53,263 nt of DNA, taken from contig JBKDBI010000464.1 of assembly GCA_046314695.1 (NCBI GenBank), forward strand, positions 1 through 53,263. Direction: 5' to 3'. A program made the position numbers and the translations under genes. How positions within the stretch are numbered: the stretch's first letter is position 1; each line of letters starts with the position of its first letter. This document shows, piece after piece, positions 17,982 to 26,425 of the stretch. This DNA is from Bacteroidota bacterium. Lineage in GTDB: Bacteria > Bacteroidota > Bacteroidia > NS11-12g > UBA955. The notes beneath the pieces were generated by a model. The model saw nothing but the letters and a program-made list of their open reading frames with translations. It ran no database searches and was not told where the DNA came from.

Positions 17982-17997
17982 CTCCTTGAGTGGGGGG
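17982..17997 (-). repeat. Signature motif copy (CCCCCCACTCAAGGAG)
   Basis: CCCCCCACTCAAGGAG-ttcac-ATG(17976). Confidence 0.95.
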
Positions 17998-18000
17998 TCA

Positions 18001-18026
18001 ATCCCTCGGGCCGGAGTCGAACCGGC
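18001..18026 (-). other. tRNA-like fragment (T-arm plus 3' acceptor strand only)
   Basis: The minus strand reads GCCGG-TTCGACT-CCGGC-CCGAGGG-A. I could not fold a matching 5' acceptor strand, D-arm or anticodon arm. Confidence 0.3.
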
Positions 18027-18304
18027 TATCTCGATGAGGCTTCCCGGTGGTATAGCATCACAACGTGCCCACACTATCGAGAAGGAGGCCAGCACGGCTG
18101 GCTTTCTTGGCTTGCCTGCGTGTCACTGTCCACGCCGCCGAGGGGAAGTGCCCGTGCTCTCCGGGCTGTCACGAGTTTGCTTGCGCCGCCTGTTGGAGTT
18201 CAGGTGGCCCCTTGGGAACCAGAATCTCGTTCTTGGTCAGGAGGTCCGCGTCACCATAGGTGTAGGATGGTGACGCACAGCGAGGGAGCTGCGCTGCATT
18301 GGAA

Positions 18305-18595
18305 TCAGGGAGGGGGGAAGGTGAGGGATTGGGTGGCAGGGGTAGGGCCGGAGTCGGTGATCCACTCGGCGGGGTCGTAAGTGATCCATGTTCCGGCGCG
18401 GAGGGAGGCGCGAGAGCGGACGAGTTTGCCGGTGGAGGGATCGGGGGTGAAGACGGTGACACCGTGGAGGTCTTCACCGAGGCGGACTGGGATCGTTGGG
18501 GGGACGAAGATTGTTTCGGTCTTGACGCAGCCGGTCGAGGATGCGGCGATGGCGAGCAGCGTCGTCAGCAGTAGGAGTCGCGGTGCGTGCTTCAT
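18305..18595 (-). CDS. Secreted lipoprotein, o-spanin candidate
   Basis: MKHAPRLLLLTTLLAIAASSTGC has a signal peptide and a lipobox-like Cys. The mature part is Pro-rich. The start is embedded in the 3' end of 18474..18677 in another frame. Confidence 0.5.
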   Translation of the reverse strand: MKHAPRLLLLTTLLAIAASSTGCVKTETIFVPPTIPVRLGEDLHGVTVFTPDPSTGKLVRSRASLRAGTWITYDPAEWITDSGPTPATQSLTFPPP

Positions 18596-18677
18596 CGGGG
18601 TTCTCTTGACGCCAACGTAGCCCGGACTCTATGAGCCGGGCTATGAGGTTGAGCAGGAATGTGAGGAAGGCTGGCAT
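18474..18677 (-). CDS. Small protein with an N-terminal TM segment, i-spanin candidate
   Basis: MPAFLTFLLNLIARLI followed by a charged tail. It overlaps the lipoprotein gene by 122 nt (overlapped spanin architecture). At 67 aa it is short for an i-spanin. Confidence 0.35.
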   Translation of the reverse strand: MPAFLTFLLNLIARLIESGLRWRQENPDEARTATPTADDAARHRRILDRLRQDRNNLRPPNDPSPPR

Positions 18678-18680
18678 GGG

Positions 18681-18911
18681 TCACGAGTTGGAGGGTGGCG
18701 TCAGGTCAGCGCGGGAGTTGACGCGGAAGTAGATGGCGGAGATGCCACCCACGACGACAGCCAACCCTGCACCGATCTCGGTGACGGACGTGCGAATCGC
18801 GTCGGAGGCTTCAGGCGAGAGCTTGAAGAAGAGGGTGAGTCCGCCGCCGACAACGGTGGCAATGGAGGCCCAAACGGTTCGAGACGAGAGGATTTGGACG
18901 ATGCGATTCAT
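18681..18911 (-). CDS. Two-TM small membrane protein, holin-like
   Basis: ATG 18911 (MNRIVQILSS). Two hydrophobic stretches: WASIATVVGGGLTLFF and IGAGLAVVVGGISAIYF. Confidence 0.5.
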   Translation of the reverse strand: MNRIVQILSSRTVWASIATVVGGGLTLFFKLSPEASDAIRTSVTEIGAGLAVVVGGISAIYFRVNSRADLTPPSNS

Positions 18912-18922
18912 GGGAGTGCCTT

Positions 18923-19270
18923 TCACTCTGAGGGACGGGAAGTCTCGTTGGAACGCTCCAATCGAGACACGGTACGTTCAAGTGTGGTCGCAGTGACACG
19001 GTTCAGCTCGGCGATCAGGCGGAGTTCGCTGGTGATCTGCTTGATCGGGTCGTGTACGGAGTTCATGACTCCGGTGACGGCGGTTTCGATGTCGCGTTCA
19101 CGCTGCTCGCGGGCTTCGCGGTTGATCTCTTTGACGGCCAGCATTGTTGCCTTGAAGAAGTGCAGCATGACAAACACCACCACCACAACGCAGGCCAGCC
19201 CAAAGCCGTAGGGGCCGTACCCACTGACGAGGGAAGAGACGGAAGGGAGGTCAGCCGCCAAGAACAACAT
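18923..19270 (-). CDS. Membrane-anchored coiled-coil protein (holin/antiholin or spanin-like)
   Basis: FGLACVVVVVFVMLHFF is a TM segment. It is followed by a charged helical region. Confidence 0.45.
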   Translation of the reverse strand: MLFLAADLPSVSSLVSGYGPYGFGLACVVVVVFVMLHFFKATMLAVKEINREAREQRERDIETAVTGVMNSVHDPIKQITSELRLIAELNRVTATTLERTVSRLERSNETSRPSE

Positions 19271-19273
19271 AGA

Positions 19274-21427
19274 TCAGCTCCGAGAGAAGGGCGTGTTGGT
19301 AGGACGATTGAAGGTGCGGAAGCGGGTGCTCGGACGAGAAGGGAAGTTGCTGCCGTAGGGGCCGACCACGTTCACAGGGAACGGGTCGCCGTAAAGGTTG
19401 ACTTGGGGGCGAAGCCACGGAAGATGGGGCTCGGCTGCGGGAATGATGGTGTTGGGACCGAAGGGAGCAGAGAGGGTAGTGGGCGAGCCGGTGAGGTTGT
19501 AGCCCAAGAAGTCGACGGTGTTGATTTCGCGGATGCCGAAGAAGGCGCAGCCTCGGGCACCGCCCGTATCGCCCCCGACGATGTTACGGTTGGTGAGGCC
19601 GAGCATGTTCTGGGCGGGGTTTTCGTCACGCTGGTTGACGACAGAAAAGGCGGTGTTGAGCAGGAAAGAGCGGGTGGTTTGCGTGGTACGGGACCTGCCG
19701 AACAACTCGAAGAAGTGATTGGCTCGCCCGTCGAGGATGATGTCGCAGTTCGCAAAACCGATGAACACGCTGGTCTGAGCCTTGTTGTCGCCCACAGAAA
19801 AACAGCCGCCGATGAAGCGGTTGTTTTGGATGGCAGAAGTGAACAGGCGGCGGCTGCTCATCTGAAGTCGTGAGCCAACAAACAGGATGTTGTTGGTATT
19901 GGCAGGTAACGGGTCCGCGTCAGCCTGTGCGTTGAAAAGCAGGTCGTTTGCGGGGTTGGTGGAGATGTTGATGTCGCAACCGCTGTAGCAGCAATCGACA
20001 CCCAGCCCAGATGCGAAGGAGAGGGGGCCGTCCGGGATGGAGCACTCGATGAAGACGCAGCGTTGCCACGTAGCTTCGGCCTCGTGGTCAGGGCGGGCGT
20101 TCACACCGCGAGCCTCACCACTTCCGAGGAAGACCGTGGAGCCTCCGTCGTTCACCGCGTCTTGGGCTACGGTGCAACGGTAGCCGATGAGCAAGTCGAA
20201 GGGGGCACCAGATGCTCCCGAGTGGCCGTAGATCATGTTGCAGTGGCCGGTCGCGGTTCCTGTTGTGAGTGAGGTGCCGGAACCGGAAGGCCCTGCATTG
20301 ACCGAGCGGATGTTGCCGAAGGGAAACTGGCAGTAGCTGACGATACCCTCGTGCCCGCCGTTGTTTGAGTAGGAGACGTGAGGCGTGGAGTTGCCTCCCG
20401 TATCCCCCTGACAGAAGCCGATGACGCAGTTGTGGAACAGGACCGAGCCACCACCACCGCTCGTCTGCAAGTGGCCAATAGCGTGGTGCCCTGAGTAGGC
20501 AGTGACGCAGTTCTCAACAACTGCTTTCTGCGTGCCGCTGCACGAGACGTGAATGCAGTACCGCTGCCTCACGCCGTTGTCTGCGTCCATACCGAAGCCG
20601 ACGGCGGCGATGTTGCGGATGCAGTGATTGTCCGCAAGTCCCAGTTCAACACCCGCATTCTGAGAGATAGAGGCTTCGAGGATCGCGTCGGTAGCGGCGT
20701 TCGTACGACCCGTGCGGAACCTCACATAGAGCCGCTGGTTGGTCGTGTCGTAAACGGCGGAGTCCTGAGTAGGAGCATTATTCATCGCCGTCAGTGCGGT
20801 GGTGAGGTTGGCACCGACAGGCAGCCGCCCATACCAGCGGAAGGTGTTGGGCGAGAGGCCGAAGGCGAGGCCGTCGATGGGGTCGAGGTGCGAGTACCAG
20901 ACGTGGTAGACGGTCTGGGTAACGGCGCGAAACTGAAGATTGGTGTAAGTCCCGTCGGCGGTCCAGCCGCCAGAGCCGACTTGAATGGAGCCGAGCAACA
21001 GGGCGGAACGGGCGAGTCTGCCGTTGCTGCTGGTGTCTGCGGTGTAGGTTCGGGAGTAGGTGTTGAGTGTCCAGTTGGGCAGGGAGGGGAAGACAAGCCA
21101 CGAGTTGGCGATGTTGCCGGTGTCAGGACGGAACACGTCGCCCGAACGGAGCAGAATCTCGGTGTTCGCCACTTGCGGAACAAAGGAGTTGTTGACCATC
21201 AACGAGCGGAGGTCGGCAAGGTGCCGCACCAGAAACGGGCTGGCAAATGTACCTGCACCGCTGCCGCCGGTTGCGCTGCCGGAGCCGGACTGGGCAATGA
21301 ACCAGCGGTTAGTGCGGGTGGAGCCGACCGCGCTGCGCATGAGTTGGATGCTGGACTCGACCCACTCGTTCTCACCAGCGGAACGGGGAGCAGGCTTCGG
21401 GCCAAGCGAGTTGATGATGAACCCCAT
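19274..21427 (-). CDS. Tailspike / receptor-binding protein with a right-handed beta-helix (depolymerase-like) domain
   Basis: ATG 21427 with GGAG upstream. Repetitive Gly/Asn/Cys-rich rungs (NCVTAYSGHHAIGHLQTSGGGGSVLFHNCVIGFCQGDTGGNS...). Confidence 0.55.
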   Translation of the reverse strand: MGFIINSLGPKPAPRSAGENEWVESSIQLMRSAVGSTRTNRWFIAQSGSGSATGGSGAGTFASPFLVRHLADLRSLMVNNSFVPQVANTEILLRSGDVFRPDTGNIANSWLVFPSLPNWTLNTYSRTYTADTSSNGRLARSALLLGSIQVGSGGWTADGTYTNLQFRAVTQTVYHVWYSHLDPIDGLAFGLSPNTFRWYGRLPVGANLTTALTAMNNAPTQDSAVYDTTNQRLYVRFRTGRTNAATDAILEASISQNAGVELGLADNHCIRNIAAVGFGMDADNGVRQRYCIHVSCSGTQKAVVENCVTAYSGHHAIGHLQTSGGGGSVLFHNCVIGFCQGDTGGNSTPHVSYSNNGGHEGIVSYCQFPFGNIRSVNAGPSGSGTSLTTGTATGHCNMIYGHSGASGAPFDLLIGYRCTVAQDAVNDGGSTVFLGSGEARGVNARPDHEAEATWQRCVFIECSIPDGPLSFASGLGVDCCYSGCDINISTNPANDLLFNAQADADPLPANTNNILFVGSRLQMSSRRLFTSAIQNNRFIGGCFSVGDNKAQTSVFIGFANCDIILDGRANHFFELFGRSRTTQTTRSFLLNTAFSVVNQRDENPAQNMLGLTNRNIVGGDTGGARGCAFFGIREINTVDFLGYNLTGSPTTLSAPFGPNTIIPAAEPHLPWLRPQVNLYGDPFPVNVVGPYGSNFPSRPSTRFRTFNRPTNTPFSRS

Positions 21428-21448
21428 GACACACTCCAAGTAGGGAGA

Positions 21449-22066
21449 TTAGCAGACGAAGCGGCCAACCACCATCGACTCGTTGCCGACCGTCGAAGCC
21501 GTCTGAACGGTGACGAGGACGCGGGTGGCACCGGAAAGGAAGAAGGAACGGCGAGCGGTGAGCTTGAAGGCGATGCTCGTAGCACCGGGAGTGGGCAGCG
21601 TAGGTACGTCAATAGGAGGCGTGTTGTTCGTGATCGCCTGATCGACAGCAGCGGACGAATCAAACGTCACGAGCAGCGCGTCGGTCAGGTGCTCTTGCAA
21701 GGGAATCCACATGCCGCTGAGAGCAGGGAACGCCGAAGAGAGAGTGACGGGGAGGTTGGCGTTCGCGTCGCGGGACGTGACGAAGGGCACCCAGCCGTAA
21801 ACTCGGACGAAGGGGGCCGTACCATCCGCACCCCGGTAGAGGTGGTAGAGGTCGAGGAAGTTGGCTCCCGTGTTCACGACGGAGGGGCAGCACACCATGT
21901 CAGCCGCAGCAGTGGAGGTGATCGTGGCGTAGGGGTTGCGGGGCAGGGTCGTCACCTGCTTTGCATCAGCGTGCAGCACAAACAAGGGAGAACCCGAAGT
22001 TCCCGACTTGATGGTGGCAAACTGGTCGTTGAGCTGGGGGATGACGTTTGAGAGTTCGCGTGCCAT
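21449..22066 (-). CDS. Hypothetical protein (205 aa), possibly virion-associated (precedes the tailspike)
   Basis: GGAGG SD before ATG 22066. No motif recognised. Confidence 0.5.
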   Translation of the reverse strand: MARELSNVIPQLNDQFATIKSGTSGSPLFVLHADAKQVTTLPRNPYATITSTAAADMVCCPSVVNTGANFLDLYHLYRGADGTAPFVRVYGWVPFVTSRDANANLPVTLSSAFPALSGMWIPLQEHLTDALLVTFDSSAAVDQAITNNTPPIDVPTLPTPGATSIAFKLTARRSFFLSGATRVLVTVQTASTVGNESMVVGRFVC

Positions 22067-22108
22067 GTGCTGCCTCCGATGAGTGCCTCATCATAGCACA
22101 CCACCAGA

Positions 22109-22124
22109 CCCCCCACTCAAGGTC
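22109..22124 (+). repeat. Signature motif copy (CCCCCCACTCAAGGTC, plus strand)
   Basis: Antisense to local genes. Its complement supplies the TGA stop of gene 22117..22503. Confidence 0.95.
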
Positions 22125-22503
22125 GAGGCTGGCAGGTGTCGAGGTAGGTTTGGGCGGCTTGACGGGTAGGCCACAGGCCGAGGCAGATGAGGCGACCGTT
22201 CTGCCGGGTAGCCTCAAAGACAGGCTCGAAGTCCTCTGTTTCGCTGTTCCACAACCCGAGGATAACGTCACCCTCGCCCTTGTAAGAGCGGTAGGCGATC
22301 AAGCCGTGCTCGGGGCAGACGTACCAGTCGTCGCACTCCTGAACTTCTGCGGGGCTCGCCCAGTTGGTGCGGATGAGGAAGACGGGGCCTTCGTGGGCGG
22401 CTACGGGAGTGGTACCGTCGTGGAAGTAGATGTCAGTGATCTTCACGGGTGGGGTTCCTAGGGGGGAAGCCCGCGCGACGCGGTGTGCGGCGTGCGGGTG
22501 CAT
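22117..22503 (-). CDS. Hypothetical protein (up to 128 aa)
   Basis: ATG 22503 or an internal GTG (VKITDIYFHDG). Unassigned. Confidence 0.4.
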   Translation of the reverse strand: MHPHAAHRVARASPLGTPPVKITDIYFHDGTTPVAAHEGPVFLIRTNWASPAEVQECDDWYVCPEHGLIAYRSYKGEGDVILGLWNSETEDFEPVFEATRQNGRLICLGLWPTRQAAQTYLDTCQPRP

Positions 22504-22521
22504 CGAGTTGGATCGGAGGGA

Positions 22522-23064
22522 TCAGAGGTCGTCGTCATCGCCGTTGTTGGGGATGGAGAGGCGGACGGGCTTGATCTCGCGGATGGCAGAGCCGGATGGG
22601 CCGCAGTCACAGGACGCTGTGCAGGACGGTGGAGTGGACTCGATGTACAGCTCGCCGCCGAGGTTGTTGAACCAGCTGTCGATCAGACGAGGTGATGTGA
22701 GGTAGTCGCCGCAAGGAGCACCCGAGAGGCGGGTGTGGACGCTGGAGTTGGGAGCGATGGGTACATAGGTGTCATGCGAGGGTGCGGAGGGGAGGTGGGT
22801 CTTGATTGAGGCTGCGAGTTCGTAGCTGTTGCTGGTTTGCGCTCGGGCCTCATCGTGGGTTGAACGGAGGATGTTGAGGATGGTGTTGAGGAAGGCGGCG
22901 CGGTAGGCAGGGGAGTTGTCGCTGGCGAGGGCGAGTTGGAGGATGCGAGTCGCGTCCTTCAAGTGGGTGGTCTCGTTGTGAGCGAGGTGGAGGCGATGAT
23001 TGCGGATGGAGTCGAGGAGGTAAGAGGGGAGCTGGGAGAAGATGGAGTCAGAGGGGGTGGTCAT
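22522..23064 (-). CDS. Hypothetical protein (180 aa)
   Basis: First gene, going leftward, whose coding strand is still strongly pyrimidine-rich. Acidic C-terminus NNGDDDDL. Confidence 0.45.
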   Translation of the reverse strand: MTTPSDSIFSQLPSYLLDSIRNHRLHLAHNETTHLKDATRILQLALASDNSPAYRAAFLNTILNILRSTHDEARAQTSNSYELAASIKTHLPSAPSHDTYVPIAPNSSVHTRLSGAPCGDYLTSPRLIDSWFNNLGGELYIESTPPSCTASCDCGPSGSAIREIKPVRLSIPNNGDDDDL

Positions 23065-23317
23065 TGGAGGTGCTTTCGGGGTTGGGGGAGTGGGAGTCGA
23101 GAAGGGAACGGACGGTGATGAGGAAGTTGGGACGGTTGATGGGGACGTGGATGAGAAACTTCACCTCATCTGAGGTGGTGAAGCCGGTGAACTTGTAGGG
23201 AGAACTGACGAAGCAGGCGAAGTCGAGAGACCGGGATCGGAGTTCTCGGATGAGTTCGGCGGTTGTGGCGTAGGCGAGGTTGACAGCGGGCTGGTCACGA
23301 GCACGTCGCTTGGGCAT
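23048..23317 (-). CDS. Hypothetical protein (89 aa)
   Basis: ATG 23317 lies 5 nt after the motif AAGGAG. Confidence 0.5.
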   Translation of the reverse strand: MPKRRARDQPAVNLAYATTAELIRELRSRSLDFACFVSSPYKFTGFTTSDEVKFLIHVPINRPNFLITVRSLLDSHSPNPESTSNDHPL

Positions 23318-23826
23318 ACAAACTCCTTGAGTGGGGGGTACTGGTGCAGGAGAAGGAGGCGGACAACGAGTTCGCCTGCGGCCTTGCGTCCTGCGTCGGA
23401 CTTGGTGTCGATGAAGAAGAGGGAGATGCGGCGAGTTGAGAGTTCATGGATTAGGTGGTCGAAGGCGGGGCCGGGGTTGTGGGTCCAAGGAGCGGCTGGC
23501 TTGAAGAGGATGGAAGAGTTGCATTCGAGGAGGAGGATGGGGACGGGAAAGGCGGAGAGACGGTCGAAAGCGGCGAGGGTTCGGGCTCGGTCGTCAGTGA
23601 GGAGGTTCTTGCAGAGTTCGGAGGGGGAGCCTTTTCGCTCGATGATGCAGCGGGGAGCGGCACAGGAGAGCGAGTAATCCCCGGTCGGAAGCGTGCGAAC
23701 GAGTTTGTGGATGCGGATGACCCGACCTTCGGACGAGCGTGAGCCGGAGATTGTGTGGATCGTGGAGGGGAGGGGGAGCGGGTGCTGCTCACGCGAGTCG
23801 ATGAGGATGGTGTGCTCGGCTGGCAT
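23161..23826 (-). CDS. ERCC4 / Mus81-XPF-type endonuclease
   Basis: ILIDSREQHP ... LPTGDYSL ... IIERKGSPSELCKNL ... ILLLE matches the ERCC4 signature (D.RE ... GDY ... ERK..DL). Its 3' end overlaps the next gene by 157 nt. Confidence 0.6.
   Translation of the reverse strand: MPAEHTILIDSREQHPLPLPSTIHTISGSRSSEGRVIRIHKLVRTLPTGDYSLSCAAPRCIIERKGSPSELCKNLLTDDRARTLAAFDRLSAFPVPILLLECNSSILFKPAAPWTHNPGPAFDHLIHELSTRRISLFFIDTKSDAGRKAAGELVVRLLLLHQYPPLKEFVCPSDVLVTSPLSTSPTPQPPNSSENSDPGLSTSPASSVLPTSSPASPPQMR
23323..23338 (-). repeat. Signature motif copy (CCCCCCACTCAAGGAG)
   Basis: CCCCCCACTCAAGGAG-tttgt-ATG(23317). It lies inside the 3' tail of the ERCC4 ORF, where it is read as YPPLKE. Confidence 0.95.
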
Positions 23827-24380
23827 GGGCGTTGTCGCTTGTAGGGAATAGGGGGAATCGGCTGGTTGGCAAGGGCGGCTTCGTATTGAGAGAGCACGAA
23901 CTTGAGACCGTACTGCCTGATCCGATAGTAGACCGCTTGAACCTTGAGCGAGAGGGTGGCGGCGATGAGGGGGATCTTGGAGCGACGTCGGCGAGAGGAG
24001 GTGATGCGAGAGACGCGAGGAGGTGGGCTGTCGGGGTCTTCTGAGGAGGAGGCGGCGAGGAGGGTGCGGTTGTTGTCGTAGCAGGAGGAGCAGCGGAGCC
24101 GGTTGTTACGGCGTGCGATGCAGAGGGAGGAGGCGGAGCGGACGAGGATGGTGCCGCAGCAGGTGGCCCGGACGTTGAAGAAGTTGTTGTTGAGATGGCG
24201 GGCGTGGAAAGAGAGAACGACGAAGGGACCGAATTGCTGGTTGATGTAGGTGGTCTGGGGCTTGTGGGAGAAGTCAGGTGGAGGCGTGGATGGTGCATTC
24301 GGCAACGAGAGGGACGTAGTGTCCGTAGTGCTCGCAGATGTGGGACCAATAGCCCGTAGTCGCAATGCGTTCAACCGCAT
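23451..24380 (-). CDS. Possible Cys-rich (Zn-ribbon-like) plus helix-turn-helix protein; boundaries uncertain
   Basis: CCGT...CIARRNNRLRCSSC and IPLIAATLSLKVQAVYYRIRQYGL. The only in-frame start (ATG 24380) lies inside the polymerase 3' end. The frame then stays open for 375 nt into the ERCC4 gene. Confidence 0.3.
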   Translation of the reverse strand: MRLNALRLRAIGPTSASTTDTTSLSLPNAPSTPPPDFSHKPQTTYINQQFGPFVVLSFHARHLNNNFFNVRATCCGTILVRSASSLCIARRNNRLRCSSCYDNNRTLLAASSSEDPDSPPPRVSRITSSRRRRSKIPLIAATLSLKVQAVYYRIRQYGLKFVLSQYEAALANQPIPPIPYKRQRPCQPSTPSSSTRVSSTRSPSPPRSTQSPAHARPKVGSSASTNSFARFRPGITRSPVPLPAASSSEKAPPPNSARTSSLTTEPEPSPLSTVSPPFPSPSSSSNATLPSSSSQPLLGPTTPAPPSTT

Positions 24381-26385
24381 CTTGATAGAGGGCGAGGTAG
24401 GCCGAGAGGGCTGAGGGGTGGCAGTCGGTGTAGCAAGCGTCGTGGACATCGAGGAAGGGAGCGATGAGTCCGTGAGAGAGGAGGGAGCGGGCTTCTTTGG
24501 ATGAGAGTGCTGCATGTTCGATGGCTCGCTGGACGGTGGCAGCTGTCGTTTGGATGGGGCAGTTTAGGACTTCGGAGGTGATGTAGGCTTGGTCTTCGTT
24601 AGTGGGATCGAAGTCGGTGAAGGAGCGGCCTGCGCCGGTGAAGGGCAGGGTGATGTGGCCAAGACGGCGGGTGTCGGCGATGAGGCGGCACTGCCAATCG
24701 TAGAGAACGGGGCGGAGGGTGGGGCGGGAGCGGACAATGGAGAGGAAGAAGTCGAAGGGGAAGAGACGGCCTGTGTCCTTGAGCATGGAGGCTTGCATCC
24801 GCTTGGCGAACGCCCAGTAGAGGTCGGAGAAGTTCAGCTTCTTGGCCCACTGGCGAGGGTCCTTGCGCATGTCGCCGCACTTGAAGTCGGGTGAGGACAG
24901 GATGGAAGGGCCGAAGACGAAGACCGCGCGTTTGGTGTGGAGGTCCGGCTTGGGAAGCTGGTACTCGGTGATGAGGGTGGGCTCACCAGAGAGCACGCCG
25001 GGCACGCGAAGCTCAATCTGGGAGAGGTCGTGCGAGACGATGGAGCCGCCACGGTAGCGGGAGCGGAGGCACTTCTTGACGACGGGCGGGAAGGTCTGGG
25101 CGGCGGGCTTCTTGAAGGAGAGCCGGACTTGGGACTGACCGCCGCTGTCACCTGCTGTCGAGTCTTTGCCCTCCTGCGAAGGGGTGACGAAGATGGAGGG
25201 ATAGGCGAGCAGAACGTCCGGGTCATAGCCCCCAGCAAACACACCTTGAGTGGGGGGTTTGATAGCGACGGAAGTGGTGTCGCGCGAGCCGTCGGAGCGT
25301 GGGTTGCGTGAGCCGTGGAGGAGGGGGTAGAGGTAGGTGGAGATGACTTTGTTGAGGCGGGAGCAGGAGGTCCACTCGGTGAAAGCGGGACGGAGTGGCG
25401 AAGTGGGAGAGAGGAGGGAGAGGAGGAGGGTGCGGTTGTTGTCGTCGGTGGAGACTTTGCCGGTGCCAGTGCGGTTGATGAGACGGTGAGAGAGGATGGT
25501 GGGGAGGTTGAGAGAGGAAAGGATGTCAGGAGAGGAGTCGATCTCGTCGATGGCTCGGTCGATGAAGGATTGGCGGGAAGCGGTAGAGCCTTCGCCATTG
25601 AGGGTTAGGCCGTGGGTGAGGGTGGCGGCAGCGGCTGCGTCGGCCCGAGTGAGGTGGTCGGAGAGGGTGGAGGAGAGGGCGGAGGCAGAGAGGGGTATGC
25701 CGGACTCGATGAAGGTGAGGGCGATGTCGAGGGTGGCGGAGTAGAAGGAGGCGGCAGATGCTGAGAGTTTGGGGGAAGAGGGGCCATGCTTGGAGATGAT
25801 GGAACGGGTGAGGGCGCGAGCGAGGAGGACAACGTTGTGGGAGTCTTGGGCGCAGTAGTGTTGAGCTTCAGGCGAGTGAGGAGAAGGGAAGCGGGAGCCG
25901 GAACGAAGAGTGGAGTCGGAGTAGGAATAGATGTTGAAGACAGGGCCGAGGTCCTTGAGAGAGCGTTCGGGGCGAGCGTCGTTGTCGAGGTAGTTGAGGA
26001 TGGTGGTGTCGATGATGGGAATGCCGAGGGGCAGGCAGGAGCGGAGTCCGAAGTAGCGGAGGAAGGAGCGGTCGTAGTTGATGTTGTGACCGAGGAGGTG
26101 GGTGGCACGGGAGAGCCACTCGCGGAGCCAGCGAACGTGGGTGGGATTGTGGAGAAGGAAGAGGCGGGTGTCGATGGGCTCGATGCTGGCGAGCCACTCG
26201 TAGCCGGGGGCTGGATCAGCGCGAACGAGGGTGACGGAGATGAGGGGGACGGCACGGGCGAGGGTGCTGATGCCGGATTGGCCGTGGATGCGGGCGGGGT
26301 GGAAGTGGTCGGAATGGGGGAGGGGGCGGTTGAAAGCGTCTCGCTCAAAGGCTGAGCTGGTTTCGCAGTCGATGGAGAGGACCAT
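24274..26385 (-). CDS. Family A DNA polymerase with 3'-5' exonuclease domain (T7-like size, 703 aa)
   Basis: MVLSIDCETS (ExoI), GHNINYDRSFL (ExoII), YCAQDSHN (ExoIII), HDLSQIELRV (motif A), RQWAKKLNFSDLYW (motif B-like), FLDVHDACY (motif C). Confidence 0.85.
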   Translation of the reverse strand: MVLSIDCETSSAFERDAFNRPLPHSDHFHPARIHGQSGISTLARAVPLISVTLVRADPAPGYEWLASIEPIDTRLFLLHNPTHVRWLREWLSRATHLLGHNINYDRSFLRYFGLRSCLPLGIPIIDTTILNYLDNDARPERSLKDLGPVFNIYSYSDSTLRSGSRFPSPHSPEAQHYCAQDSHNVVLLARALTRSIISKHGPSSPKLSASAASFYSATLDIALTFIESGIPLSASALSSTLSDHLTRADAAAAATLTHGLTLNGEGSTASRQSFIDRAIDEIDSSPDILSSLNLPTILSHRLINRTGTGKVSTDDNNRTLLLSLLSPTSPLRPAFTEWTSCSRLNKVISTYLYPLLHGSRNPRSDGSRDTTSVAIKPPTQGVFAGGYDPDVLLAYPSIFVTPSQEGKDSTAGDSGGQSQVRLSFKKPAAQTFPPVVKKCLRSRYRGGSIVSHDLSQIELRVPGVLSGEPTLITEYQLPKPDLHTKRAVFVFGPSILSSPDFKCGDMRKDPRQWAKKLNFSDLYWAFAKRMQASMLKDTGRLFPFDFFLSIVRSRPTLRPVLYDWQCRLIADTRRLGHITLPFTGAGRSFTDFDPTNEDQAYITSEVLNCPIQTTAATVQRAIEHAALSSKEARSLLSHGLIAPFLDVHDACYTDCHPSALSAYLALYQDAVERIATTGYWSHICEHYGHYVPLVAECTIHAST
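25242..25257 (-). repeat. Signature motif copy (minus strand) inside the polymerase gene
   Basis: Perfect copy, co-oriented with the gene, read as KPPTQGV between the exonuclease and polymerase parts. Confidence 0.95.
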
Positions 26386-26425
26386 GTGAAGTCCAGCAGA
26401 GAGAGGAGGTTGGGTTCGAGGAGGG

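Noticed and set aside
17982-17997. The signature motif as a T7/T3-type single-subunit RNA polymerase promoter. CCCCCACTCAAGG resembles the T3 promoter core CCCTCACTAAAGG at 11 of 13 positions.
   Set aside because: The window appears to be the whole genome and contains no ORF with single-subunit RNAP size or motifs. Conservation stops at 16 nt, with no conserved -17 to -12 part. Several copies are antisense inside genes. I keep it only as a remote possibility.
18001-18095. A complete tRNA gene on the minus strand, suggested by the GGTTCGACTCC T-loop
   Set aside because: With the T-arm fixed, the 3' acceptor strand CCGAGGG has no complementary 5' strand about 65-72 nt upstream. No 5-7-5 anticodon arm or D-arm can be folded. 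Only a fragment is reported.
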